Below are positions 37,991-47,545 of a stretch of DNA of 64,000 nt, in pieces (position 1 is the first letter of the stretch; each line of letters begins with the position of its first letter). The position numbers were made by a program, and so were the translations under genes. The notes below the pieces were generated by a model. That model searched no databases and was not told the origin of the DNA. It was given only the letters and a program-made list of their open reading frames with translations. Origin of the DNA: a virus. Taxonomy: Duplodnaviria > Caudoviricetes. Location: IMG/VR virus record IMGVR_UViG_3300033463_000104, positions 3,819-67,818 of that record. The stretch is one strand, 5' to 3'.

Positions 37991-39553
37991 CTAATTTTGA
38001 ATGCTCTTTCCTGGCGCCTGATTATTCACGTCTCCGGGGTTGCCTTTCGGCTCATCGTCATTTCCGACGCCATCTACTCCATATTTTGCCTTTGCGGCTG
38101 CGGGCGCCTCCGCTTTCATGGTAAGCTCCTTTTCCCACTCTTCATCGATTTGCTTGTAGTCGCCGCGATGGGTGTTTCCGATATCGACCATGGCCGCCTT
38201 GCGAGACTTGGTCCTGGCATACACCTGATCAAGTTCCATCTTCAGCGCCTCAGCTGAGTTTTCAGGAATCCACACGTTCTGTCCTACAGAGATACGCATC
38301 TTCGAATACCCGGAAATATCCCCTTCAACCTTTCCGACGAGAGCCTTGAAGACAAGCATCAGCTGCCGGACGGGCTTCAGAAAGCCCTTCCATGCAACCT
38401 GCGCCCACTGTACCTCTGGCGCGTAAAGGATCTTCATTGTCGCGCTGCTATCAGACCCCTGCTTGATAACCTCCGGATCAATCTTGACGGACATACAAGA
38501 GCTACGAATATCATCCTCGAGACCGCCAACATGCATAGTCGCAATATTGCTCGCGTCGGGCGGAGCAAGGAATTTCGCATCGGAATGGGCCAGCGCGTCG
38601 GTCGTTCCCTTCACGCCGAGAGCGCGGTTCGCAAGCTTTGTCGGAGGAAGGCTCGTCGTCTTCTCTGCCTTCAAGAAAAGGATCGGCATTGCGGACCCTT
38701 TGAGATGCTCGCCGACATACGTCTTTGCGTTTTCCAGCTTTTCAATAGACGCCTGCGCAACGCCTGTCGGGATGTCGTCAACACGAAAATAGATGCACTG
38801 ACATAACCCGGATCCCGCCTGCGCATCTCTCCTCCTAACAAGCACATAGCCGTCCTCGCTCTTCGTACGATTCTTTTTCGGAACAAGACCGTTGACGTCG
38901 TCATCATCATCGATAGCCATCCATGTCTCGACATTTTTTGTAGTAAAAATGTCAACTGCGTTTCGCTTTTGGAATTTGTATTTTCTGGCGACAATGGTCT
39001 TTCCGTCCAAATCCGTCTGTGGAAACAATTCGTCCCCACGTTCATATCCGTAAACCTCATAGTCGATAGGTGTGTCCGGATCGGCTGTCTGATATAGATA
39101 GATAGCACCATCGCCCGTACGGAATACGGAATGCACCACATCGATGAAGGCTGTCTTTACACCGACCTGGTCGGCCCAGGACATAAGCGTATTGAAGCGA
39201 TCCTCATCATCCGTCTCGGCTGCAGTCCAAAATCCGTCTGCGGCAAAATGCGAAATTTTTTTGCAGATAATTTCCTCCTGCATCCCTACCGGCGTAACTT
39301 CAACCTCATCATAGTCAACAATGTCCCATTTTTCTTTTCCGTTCTTGTCTTTCACTCCGGTCGGGCCGTAGACCGGACGAAGTGACATGATCGGCATATT
39401 GATGGTGTGGGCAGATTCGCACACCTCGTTCAAGAATTGATCCTGCGTTATAGGAGTCAGTTTGAAGTTCGGCTGTCCTTTCGGACCGTCAACAGCGATC
39501 CTCCGAACCCAGGGTTTCTTCTTTTCCCTGCTGATGTATTCACTAACATTCAT
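37991..39553 (-). CDS. portal protein
   Basis: 520 aa directly after the large terminase. Confidence 0.8.
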   Translation of the reverse strand: MNVSEYISREKKKPWVRRIAVDGPKGQPNFKLTPITQDQFLNEVCESAHTINMPIMSLRPVYGPTGVKDKNGKEKWDIVDYDEVEVTPVGMQEEIICKKISHFAADGFWTAAETDDEDRFNTLMSWADQVGVKTAFIDVVHSVFRTGDGAIYLYQTADPDTPIDYEVYGYERGDELFPQTDLDGKTIVARKYKFQKRNAVDIFTTKNVETWMAIDDDDDVNGLVPKKNRTKSEDGYVLVRRRDAQAGSGLCQCIYFRVDDIPTGVAQASIEKLENAKTYVGEHLKGSAMPILFLKAEKTTSLPPTKLANRALGVKGTTDALAHSDAKFLAPPDASNIATMHVGGLEDDIRSSCMSVKIDPEVIKQGSDSSATMKILYAPEVQWAQVAWKGFLKPVRQLMLVFKALVGKVEGDISGYSKMRISVGQNVWIPENSAEALKMELDQVYARTKSRKAAMVDIGNTHRGDYKQIDEEWEKELTMKAEAPAAAKAKYGVDGVGNDDEPKGNPGDVNNQAPGKSIQN

Positions 39554-39571
39554 AATTAACCGCGATTAAAT

Positions 39572-41338
39572 TTATACCCATATTTCGGTCCTTCTTGCAC
39601 GGCGTCCCGTGGCAGGACCTGAATTGTAGTCAAAATTCTGAAAAAGCCCATCGTATGCATCATCCTCAATCTCTGGAGCCGGCTGCTTCTTAGGTCTTCC
39701 GTCGAGATCCCAAATCATCCGAAGATACATCGTATCGATAATGTTTGGAGATGCGTGAAACTTCGCCCGGTATTCGTCCTTGCTACGATAATATATCCGC
39801 TTGTTCCGCTGCTGGACACGGAACGTATTGATCTCATCGTAAAGGACATCAATAAGCCGCCTCGTCTCCCCCTTCTTTCCGTAAGGTATCCTCATATTAA
39901 GGTCGAGCGTAGTTGATATTTTCCCTGTCTGAAGTGCAACCTGAAGTTTGCCCATCAACTGCGATCTTAGATTGAAATACTGCTCAAACAAGACCTGGTT
40001 ACCGTTTGCATCATATTCCTGCATAGCGGTTTTGTTTGCCGTAACCGGCCAACCAGAAGTATAAGCCTTAAGATAGTTGCCAAGCCCGGTCGCATCAAAG
40101 GCAAAATTTTCTTTTGGAACCCCGTATGATGTTAACTTATCATCAATCCAGTCGACAAGTTGCTTTGGGTCTCCACGAAAAAAGTGAATCCCTATGATTG
40201 TATGGCCACGCCAAATGATCATAGGGTTGTCATCTGAGTCGACGTTTCCGCCAGATACGTCCATCGTCGCATACAAATTTTCGTCTTCGTCGCTTGGGTT
40301 CGCAGCCATATCCCGCATCATTTGCTTTGTCACCAGTATCTCATCACTGTCAAGCGGGCCGGCATATCCTTCAGCGAGCACGCGGCGCTGATCCTCGCCG
40401 ACGGCGTGAAGGTTTGCAACGGATTGTCCACCCGTCGCCGCCACCAGCTTTCTGTTTCCGGCGGCATGACCGGTAAACAACGTGAAAGACTTAATCATAT
40501 CCTCTTCGGAAAGGCCCGCGGCCCGGTCTTCATCGTTAATTCGGATATTCGCCGCAGCAAGAACCTCTCTTTTGGAATCCCCCCATATCACCTGTTCCGG
40601 ATCATTCCCCTGGATGTAGAAATATCTTGTCTTACCGACCATGGACGGAATCAAATACCAGTCCGAACCGATGTATCCGGCAGTAACCAGAAAACGTGTC
40701 GTCCAGTGTTCGTGCTTGAAGTTGAAAGCAAGGACCATGCTCGGAATGACGCCGGAGCTATCACGGTTTCGGGAAAATATGTATGTAAACATCCTAAACT
40801 GCTCAATCGCCGTGGCTTCGTCGATGCAAATATATGAGCTCTGCTGCTTCTTGATATACTCCTGAAAGTCATCCCACTCCTTCGGATTCTCCGGATTAAA
40901 GTTCGCATGAATCATCTGGATAGCATTATTCCATTTTCTCCATGCGAACGTCGGGAGCTCACCCGTAGTTACCTCGCAGCTTGAAAAATTCCCCCAGACC
41001 TCCGATGCGTCACGGAACATGGACGTACCCTTCGCAGAATCAAGCTTTCTCACATTGATGAGTCGGCCGGTATATCCTACGCGACCGATGCCGTTCAGCG
41101 CCTTCAGCATCATTCCGTACGTCTTTCCTGACGTGGCCTCTCCTACGACAAAAATCAGGTTTGAATCGCATCGGCACATATCTTCCTGCAATCCTTCCTG
41201 CGGAATCAGATCCAGCTTTTCCCTCAAAACAAAATTTCCGACCTTATCGTATCCCTTATCACTCACAGTTGCTTTTTTCCGCTCTACATGTTCATAAAGC
41301 GGAGGAAAAGGTGCGTGATCTGGTCTGAGTCGAAACAT
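39572..41338 (-). CDS. terL: terminase large subunit
   Basis: FVVGEATSGKT Walker A, ICIDEA Walker B, MDVSGG nuclease motif, FAFDATGLG. Confidence 0.9.
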   Translation of the reverse strand: MFRLRPDHAPFPPLYEHVERKKATVSDKGYDKVGNFVLREKLDLIPQEGLQEDMCRCDSNLIFVVGEATSGKTYGMMLKALNGIGRVGYTGRLINVRKLDSAKGTSMFRDASEVWGNFSSCEVTTGELPTFAWRKWNNAIQMIHANFNPENPKEWDDFQEYIKKQQSSYICIDEATAIEQFRMFTYIFSRNRDSSGVIPSMVLAFNFKHEHWTTRFLVTAGYIGSDWYLIPSMVGKTRYFYIQGNDPEQVIWGDSKREVLAAANIRINDEDRAAGLSEEDMIKSFTLFTGHAAGNRKLVAATGGQSVANLHAVGEDQRRVLAEGYAGPLDSDEILVTKQMMRDMAANPSDEDENLYATMDVSGGNVDSDDNPMIIWRGHTIIGIHFFRGDPKQLVDWIDDKLTSYGVPKENFAFDATGLGNYLKAYTSGWPVTANKTAMQEYDANGNQVLFEQYFNLRSQLMGKLQVALQTGKISTTLDLNMRIPYGKKGETRRLIDVLYDEINTFRVQQRNKRIYYRSKDEYRAKFHASPNIIDTMYLRMIWDLDGRPKKQPAPEIEDDAYDGLFQNFDYNSGPATGRRARRTEIWV

Positions 41339-41345
41339 ACACTCG

Positions 41346-41353
41346 CAAAGATA
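41346..41353 (-). promoter_or_regulatory. TAnnTTTG promoter element
   Basis: TATCTTTG 7 nt before the terL ATG. Confidence 0.55.
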
Positions 41354-41371
41354 TAAAAATTTTACATAGAC

Positions 41372-41402
41372 AAAACAAGGCCCGCACTTTTCAGCGCGAG
41401 CC
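41372..41402 (-). terminator. intrinsic terminator
   Basis: GGCTCGCGC-TGAAAA-GTGCGGGCC then TTGTTTT. Confidence 0.6.
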
Positions 41403-41431
41403 CGTTACGCCTTCTACGCGTGGTAGATGCG

Positions 41432-41746
41432 CTAGAACGGATCCGCCGCTGAAGATTCAGGGACCGATCCGCCCTCGATCTCGAAGTCGAACGCGTTGGC
41501 CGTAGTGTAGTATCTTCCGTTATACTCACGGCTGGTCACGTCGTAATGGATTTTTACCGTTTGGCCTACACTGAGCCTGCTGAAGCTTTCAGCCTTGCTA
41601 TTGCTGCATTCGAGCGCAAGTTTCTGCGTATAGCGGCCGGATTCATATTCAATAACAATAGTCTGCCTCATCCACGGGCCGCGCTGTCCCATACCGGTCT
41701 GCGCCGGCGGAACTGCGATTACTTTTCCTTTGATCTCGTTGTTCAT
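41432..41746 (-). CDS. DUF3127-family OB-fold single-stranded DNA-binding protein
   Basis: EIKGKVIAV...WMRQTIVIE...SREYNGRYYT; acidic DPF tail. Confidence 0.85.
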   Translation of the reverse strand: MNNEIKGKVIAVPPAQTGMGQRGPWMRQTIVIEYESGRYTQKLALECSNSKAESFSRLSVGQTVKIHYDVTSREYNGRYYTTANAFDFEIEGGSVPESSAADPF

Positions 41747-41925
41747 TTTTGATATGGTTGATTTTCTGATTCTCCCAGAACCTCAAGAATACGCTCATTT
41801 GGGATGAATTCGTATTCGTCTTTTGTGTAGATCTTTCGAAGGAGCCATCGCTGCGAATCGGCATCCCATTTTGCCTCGTGGCACTGACGTTGGTCGGTGC
41901 GTACGTCAAAGATTTTCTCGGTCAT
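41743..41925 (-). CDS. hypothetical protein
   Basis: 60-aa ORF overlapping both neighbours. Confidence 0.55.
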   Translation of the reverse strand: MTEKIFDVRTDQRQCHEAKWDADSQRWLLRKIYTKDEYEFIPNERILEVLGESENQPYQK

Positions 41926-42457
41926 TGTCTGTATCTTGGTTTAGTGTTGTGTCGCAATTCTCTTCGACGAATTTCCTGTATTCACAATCCCCGCAGGATA
42001 CGGGCAAATATCGTCTCGGCTTCTCGATCATTCCATCACCCATATCAAGAAGGCCGGTCTTGTCCGCCAACTTTAAGACAAATTCCGGGTCATCAGCGCT
42101 ATCAATATTGTCTGTCAGACTCATTGCAAATTCAACCAATTTCGTCTTTGCTCTGGCTTTTCGATCTTCAATATTATCAAGGTTTATCTTTGGCTCTTTG
42201 GGAGTGCTCAACTCGTTGATGGTATTACGATACGCCTCCATATACTCCTGTACATCCGCCATGCTGAAGAACTGCTTACATGCGGATGCCACAATCGCCG
42301 CATTTTTTGTTCCGATGTAGTCCGGCCGTACGAACTTGAGAAATGCCTCCTCGCGTGGGCATCCTGATAACAGATACCATGTGAGGCAGTCCATTTCCTC
42401 CAACTTAAGAGCGAACCTTTTTCCTTTCGGCCGTATTGGTATGAGTGGTGCTGCCAT
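41906..42457 (-). CDS. putative terminase small subunit
   Basis: helical 183-aa ORF near terL with its own TATCTTTG (42465-42472) 7 nt before the ATG. Confidence 0.45.
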   Translation of the reverse strand: MAAPLIPIRPKGKRFALKLEEMDCLTWYLLSGCPREEAFLKFVRPDYIGTKNAAIVASACKQFFSMADVQEYMEAYRNTINELSTPKEPKINLDNIEDRKARAKTKLVEFAMSLTDNIDSADDPEFVLKLADKTGLLDMGDGMIEKPRRYLPVSCGDCEYRKFVEENCDTTLNQDTDNDRENL

Positions 42458-42537
42458 AGTTTTGCAAAGATAAGAAATAATTCTTTATCTGATCCGCCGA
42501 ATATGGAGGAATCGGACGCCGGAGCAATGTGTTGAAA

Positions 42538-42939
42538 TCATTCGCCGAGGTAGTCATGAATTATCGTTTTAAACTGTTCCAAACTCCTACAAATTTCGTA
42601 CCGATACCCTTGCCGTTCGACGAGATTCTGCCATTCTTTTTGCGCCGGCTTTTGTTGGCCGTGCTCATCTTTCATTTCGATACAAAGGCCATGATGTTCT
42701 CCATGTGCCACAAAAAAGAGCAAATCCGCAACACCGGCCACTACGCCAAGGCTTTTACGAATAGCCCCCTGGATTACGTTGCTGTCGGAACGGTCGTTCT
42801 CGTTCGGGACATGGAACAGGAGCTTCCTATATTTCGGAAACTCGTTCCAGAACCACGAAAAACACTCCGCCTGGATCCTGCCTTCGGGGGATGAATGGCT
42901 GCGCCTCTTCGGTTGTGCCTCAGTCGGAATGATTGTCAT
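42538..42939 (-). CDS. VRR-NUC domain nuclease
   Basis: EGRIQAEC...GVVAGVADL...LCIEMK...QKEWQ PD-(D/E)xK motifs. Confidence 0.9.
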   Translation of the reverse strand: MTIIPTEAQPKRRSHSSPEGRIQAECFSWFWNEFPKYRKLLFHVPNENDRSDSNVIQGAIRKSLGVVAGVADLLFFVAHGEHHGLCIEMKDEHGQQKPAQKEWQNLVERQGYRYEICRSLEQFKTIIHDYLGE

Positions 42940-43162
42940 TTTCCAGCTCCTCAGCCTTGTTTCTATACCATGCGGCCTTAGCGAGATCCTGTTCGGCCGA
43001 ATTTCCATCCTTAAGCCCGGCGCGCCAACGATACTTGAAGTCGTTGCACTTGCAGAATGCGATCACAGCCTCGACTCCAAATTCCTCAATCATGCAGTCG
43101 ATGCACTCGCGCCCACCCTTCTGATAATGTGCCGGGTGGTTTACTTGTTCTTTCATGATCAT
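42920..43162 (-). CDS. DUF3310-family protein
   Basis: VNHPAHY...ECID...KYRWRAGLK...DLAKAAWY. Confidence 0.9.
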   Translation of the reverse strand: MIMKEQVNHPAHYQKGGRECIDCMIEEFGVEAVIAFCKCNDFKYRWRAGLKDGNSAEQDLAKAAWYRNKAEELENDNHSD

Positions 43163-43425
43163 CTATTCCTTTTTGCGCAATTTTTCCTTTTTGTTTTGTA
43201 TGTCAATCTTGGTTTACGCATAAACCCAAGAGCTTTCCCGATTTTTGTCACGAAGCCATTCTTCATAGCTAATACCTCATAAATATAAAGACCATAAAAT
43301 CTCCTCGTCTTAAGCTCTCCAACCTTAACAAATTCGCCCGTATTATTGTCAATAATACCGAGCTCGCGGGCACGCCATTTCAAAGTTTCAGCCATTCCCT
43401 CTCCATCGTGCTCCTGAACACGCAA
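43159..43425 (-). CDS. hypothetical protein
   Basis: 88-aa ORF; start uncertain. Confidence 0.55.
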   Translation of the reverse strand: MRVQEHDGEGMAETLKWRARELGIIDNNTGEFVKVGELKTRRFYGLYIYEVLAMKNGFVTKIGKALGFMRKPRLTYKTKRKNCAKRNR

Positions 43426-43649
43426 TATCCAATGCTAACGGCCGCAAGTTCATCGTAGCGATCCCAGTGTACCGTATTGACATAATCGTCAAGGTGTTTC
43501 TGCAGTTCTTCTTTGGATTGGAATAGGCGGTCCTCCTGGATCCATTTCTTTCCGACCAGAAAATAACGCCGGCCGCAGTAGTCAGTACGACAATCTGTCA
43601 CATCTCCGTGGCAGATCCCCTTCTTTTTGTCAGTGTACCATGCTTCCAT
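43380..43649 (-). CDS. hypothetical protein
   Basis: 89-aa ORF. Confidence 0.6.
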   Translation of the reverse strand: MEAWYTDKKKGICHGDVTDCRTDYCGRRYFLVGKKWIQEDRLFQSKEELQKHLDDYVNTVHWDRYDELAAVSIGYCVFRSTMEREWLKL

Positions 43650-43666
43650 TTTATAATTATTCTAAA

Positions 43667-43885
43667 TTACACTTTATATACCCACCCCAAAAACTGTACC
43701 CCGCCAGGAGTCTTCGTCTGAAATCCGCGATGCTCCTTCGCTCTCGGACACAACCAATGGTCTCCTTTCCATTGCATTGGATACATAAACTCAAGGCCGG
43801 ACTCCGGATTTCTGAAGGCCGCCAAGACAATAGTATCTACCGGTGGATGCTCGGTCGGCGGATTGAGGTTAATCTTTGTTTTCAT
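43667..43885 (-). CDS. hypothetical protein
   Basis: 72-aa ORF, ATGA overlap with the helicase stop. Confidence 0.6.
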   Translation of the reverse strand: MKTKINLNPPTEHPPVDTIVLAAFRNPESGLEFMYPMQWKGDHWLCPRAKEHRGFQTKTPGGVQFLGWVYKV

Positions 43886-45378
43886 ATCAGTTTCGGATCT
43901 CCATCTTTTTTCTTTACACGCCCAAGTTTATGTTCCTTGAAGAAGTACCAATATTTTGGGCTTATGTTTTCTCCGTGTTTCGTACGAAGCACTTCTATCG
44001 CCTTCATAAAAGCGCTCTTCATATCTTCCGGGTGCTTCTGGCAGATATCCCGAAGAATCCAGTCGTTTTTCCAGTTCTCCAACTTCTTCCTGGCGACATA
44101 ACCTTCGATTGTTTCCTCGCTGTTTTCTGCGGCTATCTCGTGCAGCTCTGCCTGAAATATCTCATGCTGCGTCGGGAAGTGATATCCGCAAAACTGACAA
44201 TCTGTCCATGATACAGGAACAAGTCTGTGACAACCCTGGCATTCCTTCGTAGGCGCGACGCCGCCTCCAGAGCCAGTATTGTGCCAAAGACTGTATGTCC
44301 GGTCATCCTCGTACCTTCCTAAGCGCTCGTAATTCCTACCAAAATCAAGACAAATAAACTCTCCGTTCTTACCTGGTGCGGGCCTGCTTGCTCTCCCGCA
44401 ACTCTGAAGATACTTGACGACCGAAGTTGTGGAGTACATAAGCATCACAACCTTGATGCTCGGCACATCAAGTCCTGCGACTCCAATCCCGAGATTCACA
44501 AGGATATCAAACTCGCCATTCTCGAAATCTTTTAGTAACTGCTTCCTGTCGTCGCTTAACTCAGAATCTTCGTCAAAACTGTTTGATAATAGGTATTTAG
44601 CTTTTATGCCGTGGTCATTGAACTCTTGCGTAAGGCCGATGCATTGTTCGGAACTACATGCAAAGACTATTGCCTTCTCTCCAGGGCAAATTCTCTGGTA
44701 ATTCTCGACTGCACCGACATATCTCGCCCGAGACTTGAATTTCGCCGCCATCTGTCCAAGATTGTAGTCGCCTCTGCCGTAATCCCATGCGACATCTTCC
44801 ATAGACGGAGCGTCAAGAGAATATAGCCTGCATCGACAAAGATAACCCAAGTTGATGAGATCTTTTACGCTCGGGCCTAATACCATTGCATTGTACTGCA
44901 ATCCCGCCTGCGTCATACCGCCATATCTCGCCATCGTAGCTGTGTATCCTACAACATAGCACTTGTCGGAGATAATATCAAAGAGAAAGTCATAGTTACA
45001 GATATGAGCCTCATCCAAAACAAGCATCTGTACCGACTTAACATATTCCATCCACTCGGGTTTCTCGATTCTTCGTTGCAGGGTTTGCACCATTCCACAG
45101 ACAATATCTTCGGTCGGAACTTTACGATGCCTTGGTGATATGATTTGAGGTTCTACGCCGCACTTTCGGCAGTGCCCGGCATTCTGCTTCATTATCTCCT
45201 CTCGATGCGCCAAGATGAGTGTTTTAGTGCCTTTATTGGCGGCCAACGAGGCCACATATCCAAGTACGGTTCCCTTCCCGCTTCCGGTGGGCATAACGCA
45301 GACTACTCGCCGATATTTGGCTAATCCAGAACGGATTTCATTGACGGCTGTTTTCTGATATTCTCTCAATTCTACCAT
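43882..45378 (-). CDS. SF2 DEAD/DEAH-box helicase (RadD/YejH-like) with zinc finger
   Basis: LREYQ, PTGSGKG, LDEAH, TAT, QSCGRASR motifs; CQGC..CQFC. Confidence 0.92.
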   Translation of the reverse strand: MVELREYQKTAVNEIRSGLAKYRRVVCVMPTGSGKGTVLGYVASLAANKGTKTLILAHREEIMKQNAGHCRKCGVEPQIISPRHRKVPTEDIVCGMVQTLQRRIEKPEWMEYVKSVQMLVLDEAHICNYDFLFDIISDKCYVVGYTATMARYGGMTQAGLQYNAMVLGPSVKDLINLGYLCRCRLYSLDAPSMEDVAWDYGRGDYNLGQMAAKFKSRARYVGAVENYQRICPGEKAIVFACSSEQCIGLTQEFNDHGIKAKYLLSNSFDEDSELSDDRKQLLKDFENGEFDILVNLGIGVAGLDVPSIKVVMLMYSTTSVVKYLQSCGRASRPAPGKNGEFICLDFGRNYERLGRYEDDRTYSLWHNTGSGGGVAPTKECQGCHRLVPVSWTDCQFCGYHFPTQHEIFQAELHEIAAENSEETIEGYVARKKLENWKNDWILRDICQKHPEDMKSAFMKAIEVLRTKHGENISPKYWYFFKEHKLGRVKKKDGDPKLI

Positions 45379-45385
45379 ACGGACC

Positions 45386-45973
45386 TTATTCGTATTTCCA
45401 AATATAACCACCAGCGTGGCGGCGTTCTCCCTTGCAAACCTTGCTTATATTCTTGAATTGAACGCCAGTTTCTCTTTGGGCCTCAGCAATTCCATTATAT
45501 TTTTTGATAAAATTGCCATACATATCATACTGTAAAACGGGCTTATGTGAAGAGCTGTTTTTGCCACGAGTGCCATACATACCATTCTTCGTCCCCTTCT
45601 TTGATTCTGAGAAATGCTTACGCGCTAACTCATAACCATTATTCTCTGCAATGGTGCACCATCTTAAATTCTCAACTCTATTGTCTGATCGATCCCCGTT
45701 TATATGGTCAATACATGGTTTGTTCTCTGGATTAGGTATAAATGCCTTTGCGACCAATGTGTGAACCGCGTAGTTCTTGCCGTTATGCTTCCTGTCTTTT
45801 AAAATTAGTCGTGGATAACCTTTATTTTTGCCAGGTTCAAGTATTCGTTCTTGCAAAATCAATAGACCCATCTTTCTGCGAAGAATCTCCCTATATAGCC
45901 TCTTGATTCTACCCATAGTGCTTACCTCGTACAGCCCTTCATACCCTTCGATCGGTCTCCAAATTTCTTCCAT
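45386..45973 (-). CDS. NUMOD4-HNH-NUMOD1 homing endonuclease
   Basis: EIWRPIEGYEGLYEVS; VHTLVAKAF; DHINGDRSDNRVENLRW; C-terminal HAGGYIWKY. Confidence 0.92.
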   Translation of the reverse strand: MEEIWRPIEGYEGLYEVSTMGRIKRLYREILRRKMGLLILQERILEPGKNKGYPRLILKDRKHNGKNYAVHTLVAKAFIPNPENKPCIDHINGDRSDNRVENLRWCTIAENNGYELARKHFSESKKGTKNGMYGTRGKNSSSHKPVLQYDMYGNFIKKYNGIAEAQRETGVQFKNISKVCKGERRHAGGYIWKYE

Positions 45974-45985
45974 ATTATAAGATAA

Positions 45986-46069
45986 CGCCCCGGACTTTCA
46001 TACAAAGGTCGCAGCTCTGTATTACTCATTCGGGGCGATAAGTTTCTATTCATTGTCTGCGACACAATG
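45986..46069 (-). ncRNA. structured 5' leader with 7-nt loop-loop pairing (copy 1)
   Basis: CATTGT[GTCGCAG]ACAATG; CGCCCCG/CGGGGCG enclosing ATACAGAG[CTGCGAC]CTTTGTAT; own TATCTTTG at 46076-46083. Confidence 0.7.
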
Positions 46070-46110
46070 TTTCTACAAAGATAGTAAAAATGACTCAAAG
46101 AAGCAAGTAA

Positions 46111-46272
46111 TCATTCGAACTCCCTCCTTACCGCCGGACTTTCCGTCCGTTCCCAGACATTTCCGTCATACGACACGAAATACTCGTCGCCGAGACGCAG
46201 GAGATATCCATATGTCACCACCAGCTCGCCTTTTCCTTTCTCCAAGAGACCCATAACTTCTTCTCCGCTCAT
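46111..46272 (-). CDS. small hypothetical protein missed by the ORF track
   Basis: MSGEEVMGLLEKG...RREFE, 53 aa, ATGA overlap with the upstream gene. Confidence 0.6.
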   Translation of the reverse strand: MSGEEVMGLLEKGKGELVVTYGYLLRLGDEYFVSYDGNVWERTESPAVRREFE

Positions 46273-46751
46273 TCCTTTATATCGAGTTTAATTAAATGCC
46301 ACGCCGAAAATCTTCCTACGCTACGGAGCCGGTCGATCCACATAGACCTCATCGATGTAAATTTACAGCCCCAGCGAGCCATACATATGTCATCCATTTT
46401 CGCTTCATCGATTTCTCGCCACGATGCCTGAAAAACCGGTCGGCACACTCTTCCGTCCAACGTGACGAACTCATCGTCAGTGTTCGGCTGCGCTTCCTCA
46501 AAAAAACGCTGCTCTATCGCCTCCGCGGGGCACAGGATCTCGCCGGCATAGTTGCACATAATCCTGTATCTGCCACCTGGCACGCTATTGTTCAGACTCC
46601 TCTTCTTTGCCATATACAACCCAAAGGCACTCAGTATTACTGATCGCCGTGGTCTTATGCCCTTCGACCCTGGCGTTCTGTTTCCATCTCTGTATGCATG
46701 CCTTGATCGTGATTCCATACCGCATGCGCGCCAGAATATCCGCCGCAGCAC
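46269..46751 (-). CDS. hypothetical protein
   Basis: 160-aa ORF; true start probably the internal MAKKRSL. Confidence 0.6.
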   Translation of the reverse strand: MLRRIFWRACGMESRSRHAYRDGNRTPGSKGIRPRRSVILSAFGLYMAKKRSLNNSVPGGRYRIMCNYAGEILCPAEAIEQRFFEEAQPNTDDEFVTLDGRVCRPVFQASWREIDEAKMDDICMARWGCKFTSMRSMWIDRLRSVGRFSAWHLIKLDIKE

Positions 46752-46962
46752 CGACCTTTAACAGGCGTACAGAAAAAATCGGGTAGGTTCCACCATTGAA
46801 AAAACGAATATAATCCCCCCTCTTCGCCTTCTGCCAGTCTATGTTGTATGCATACCCAACCGGCAGCAGGATAAAATCAAGCTGCATCTCCCCAGGCTCC
46901 ATATGGATAGCCTTGAGAATCTTCTTCTTACGCAGAACCGTATTTCCTTCGTAACTTAGCAC
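46585..46962 (-). CDS. hypothetical protein
   Basis: 125-aa ORF. Confidence 0.6.
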   Translation of the reverse strand: MLSYEGNTVLRKKKILKAIHMEPGEMQLDFILLPVGYAYNIDWQKAKRGDYIRFFNGGTYPIFSVRLLKVGAAADILARMRYGITIKACIQRWKQNARVEGHKTTAISNTECLWVVYGKEEESEQ

Positions 46963-47545
46963 TTAATGATGTTTTAGGACGCGTAATCTGCCACATAACC
47001 ATCTCAAAATCCACCATAGCCTTAGGCCCAAGCTTATGCATTTCTTCCATGGGAAAATTTTGAAATTCATAAATGAACTCCTGAATATATGCAATGTAGT
47101 CCTCCTTCCGGAAGGCACGCATAAATTTCGGAACCTTATCAGACCAATGTATCTTCCGATTGGTCTTAAAAAAAGCCATAGCCAGCTCGTTCGGGTATTC
47201 AAGCCACTCCTGAACGCCCATCAGGTAAAACCGCATCGTCATCGGAATGACCATATATTGAAATCCACTAACCTTTCTGATTCCATCTATATAATCGAAT
47301 CCAAGTGTTGACATCCTCTCTTCACGACACCACCTGAGCAACATGAACCGCCATCGCTTCCAGTCGAAAGACTCCTCTGGAAAACTAACAAGCCCGTACT
47401 TCCCCTGATGGAAGGTTGCATCAAACCACTCCTTCACGGCGAAATCATCCTCCGCCTCACAGGCTTCTATGACACCGCGACGAAAGCAGCTGTCAAAGAG
47501 GCGGAGGATTTCCGGTGCAGTTTTCAGGTTAAGGGGAGACCTCAT
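46928..47545 (-). CDS. hypothetical protein
   Basis: 205-aa ORF overlapping the exonuclease stop. Confidence 0.75.
   Translation of the reverse strand: MRSPLNLKTAPEILRLFDSCFRRGVIEACEAEDDFAVKEWFDATFHQGKYGLVSFPEESFDWKRWRFMLLRWCREERMSTLGFDYIDGIRKVSGFQYMVIPMTMRFYLMGVQEWLEYPNELAMAFFKTNRKIHWSDKVPKFMRAFRKEDYIAYIQEFIYEFQNFPMEEMHKLGPKAMVDFEMVMWQITRPKTSLSAKLRRKYGSA

Noticed and set aside
45378-45973. HNH gene as a group I intron or intein within the helicase
   Set aside because: The helicase begins intact at MVELREYQ (45378) after the HNH stop; no upstream exon or intron core motifs were found.
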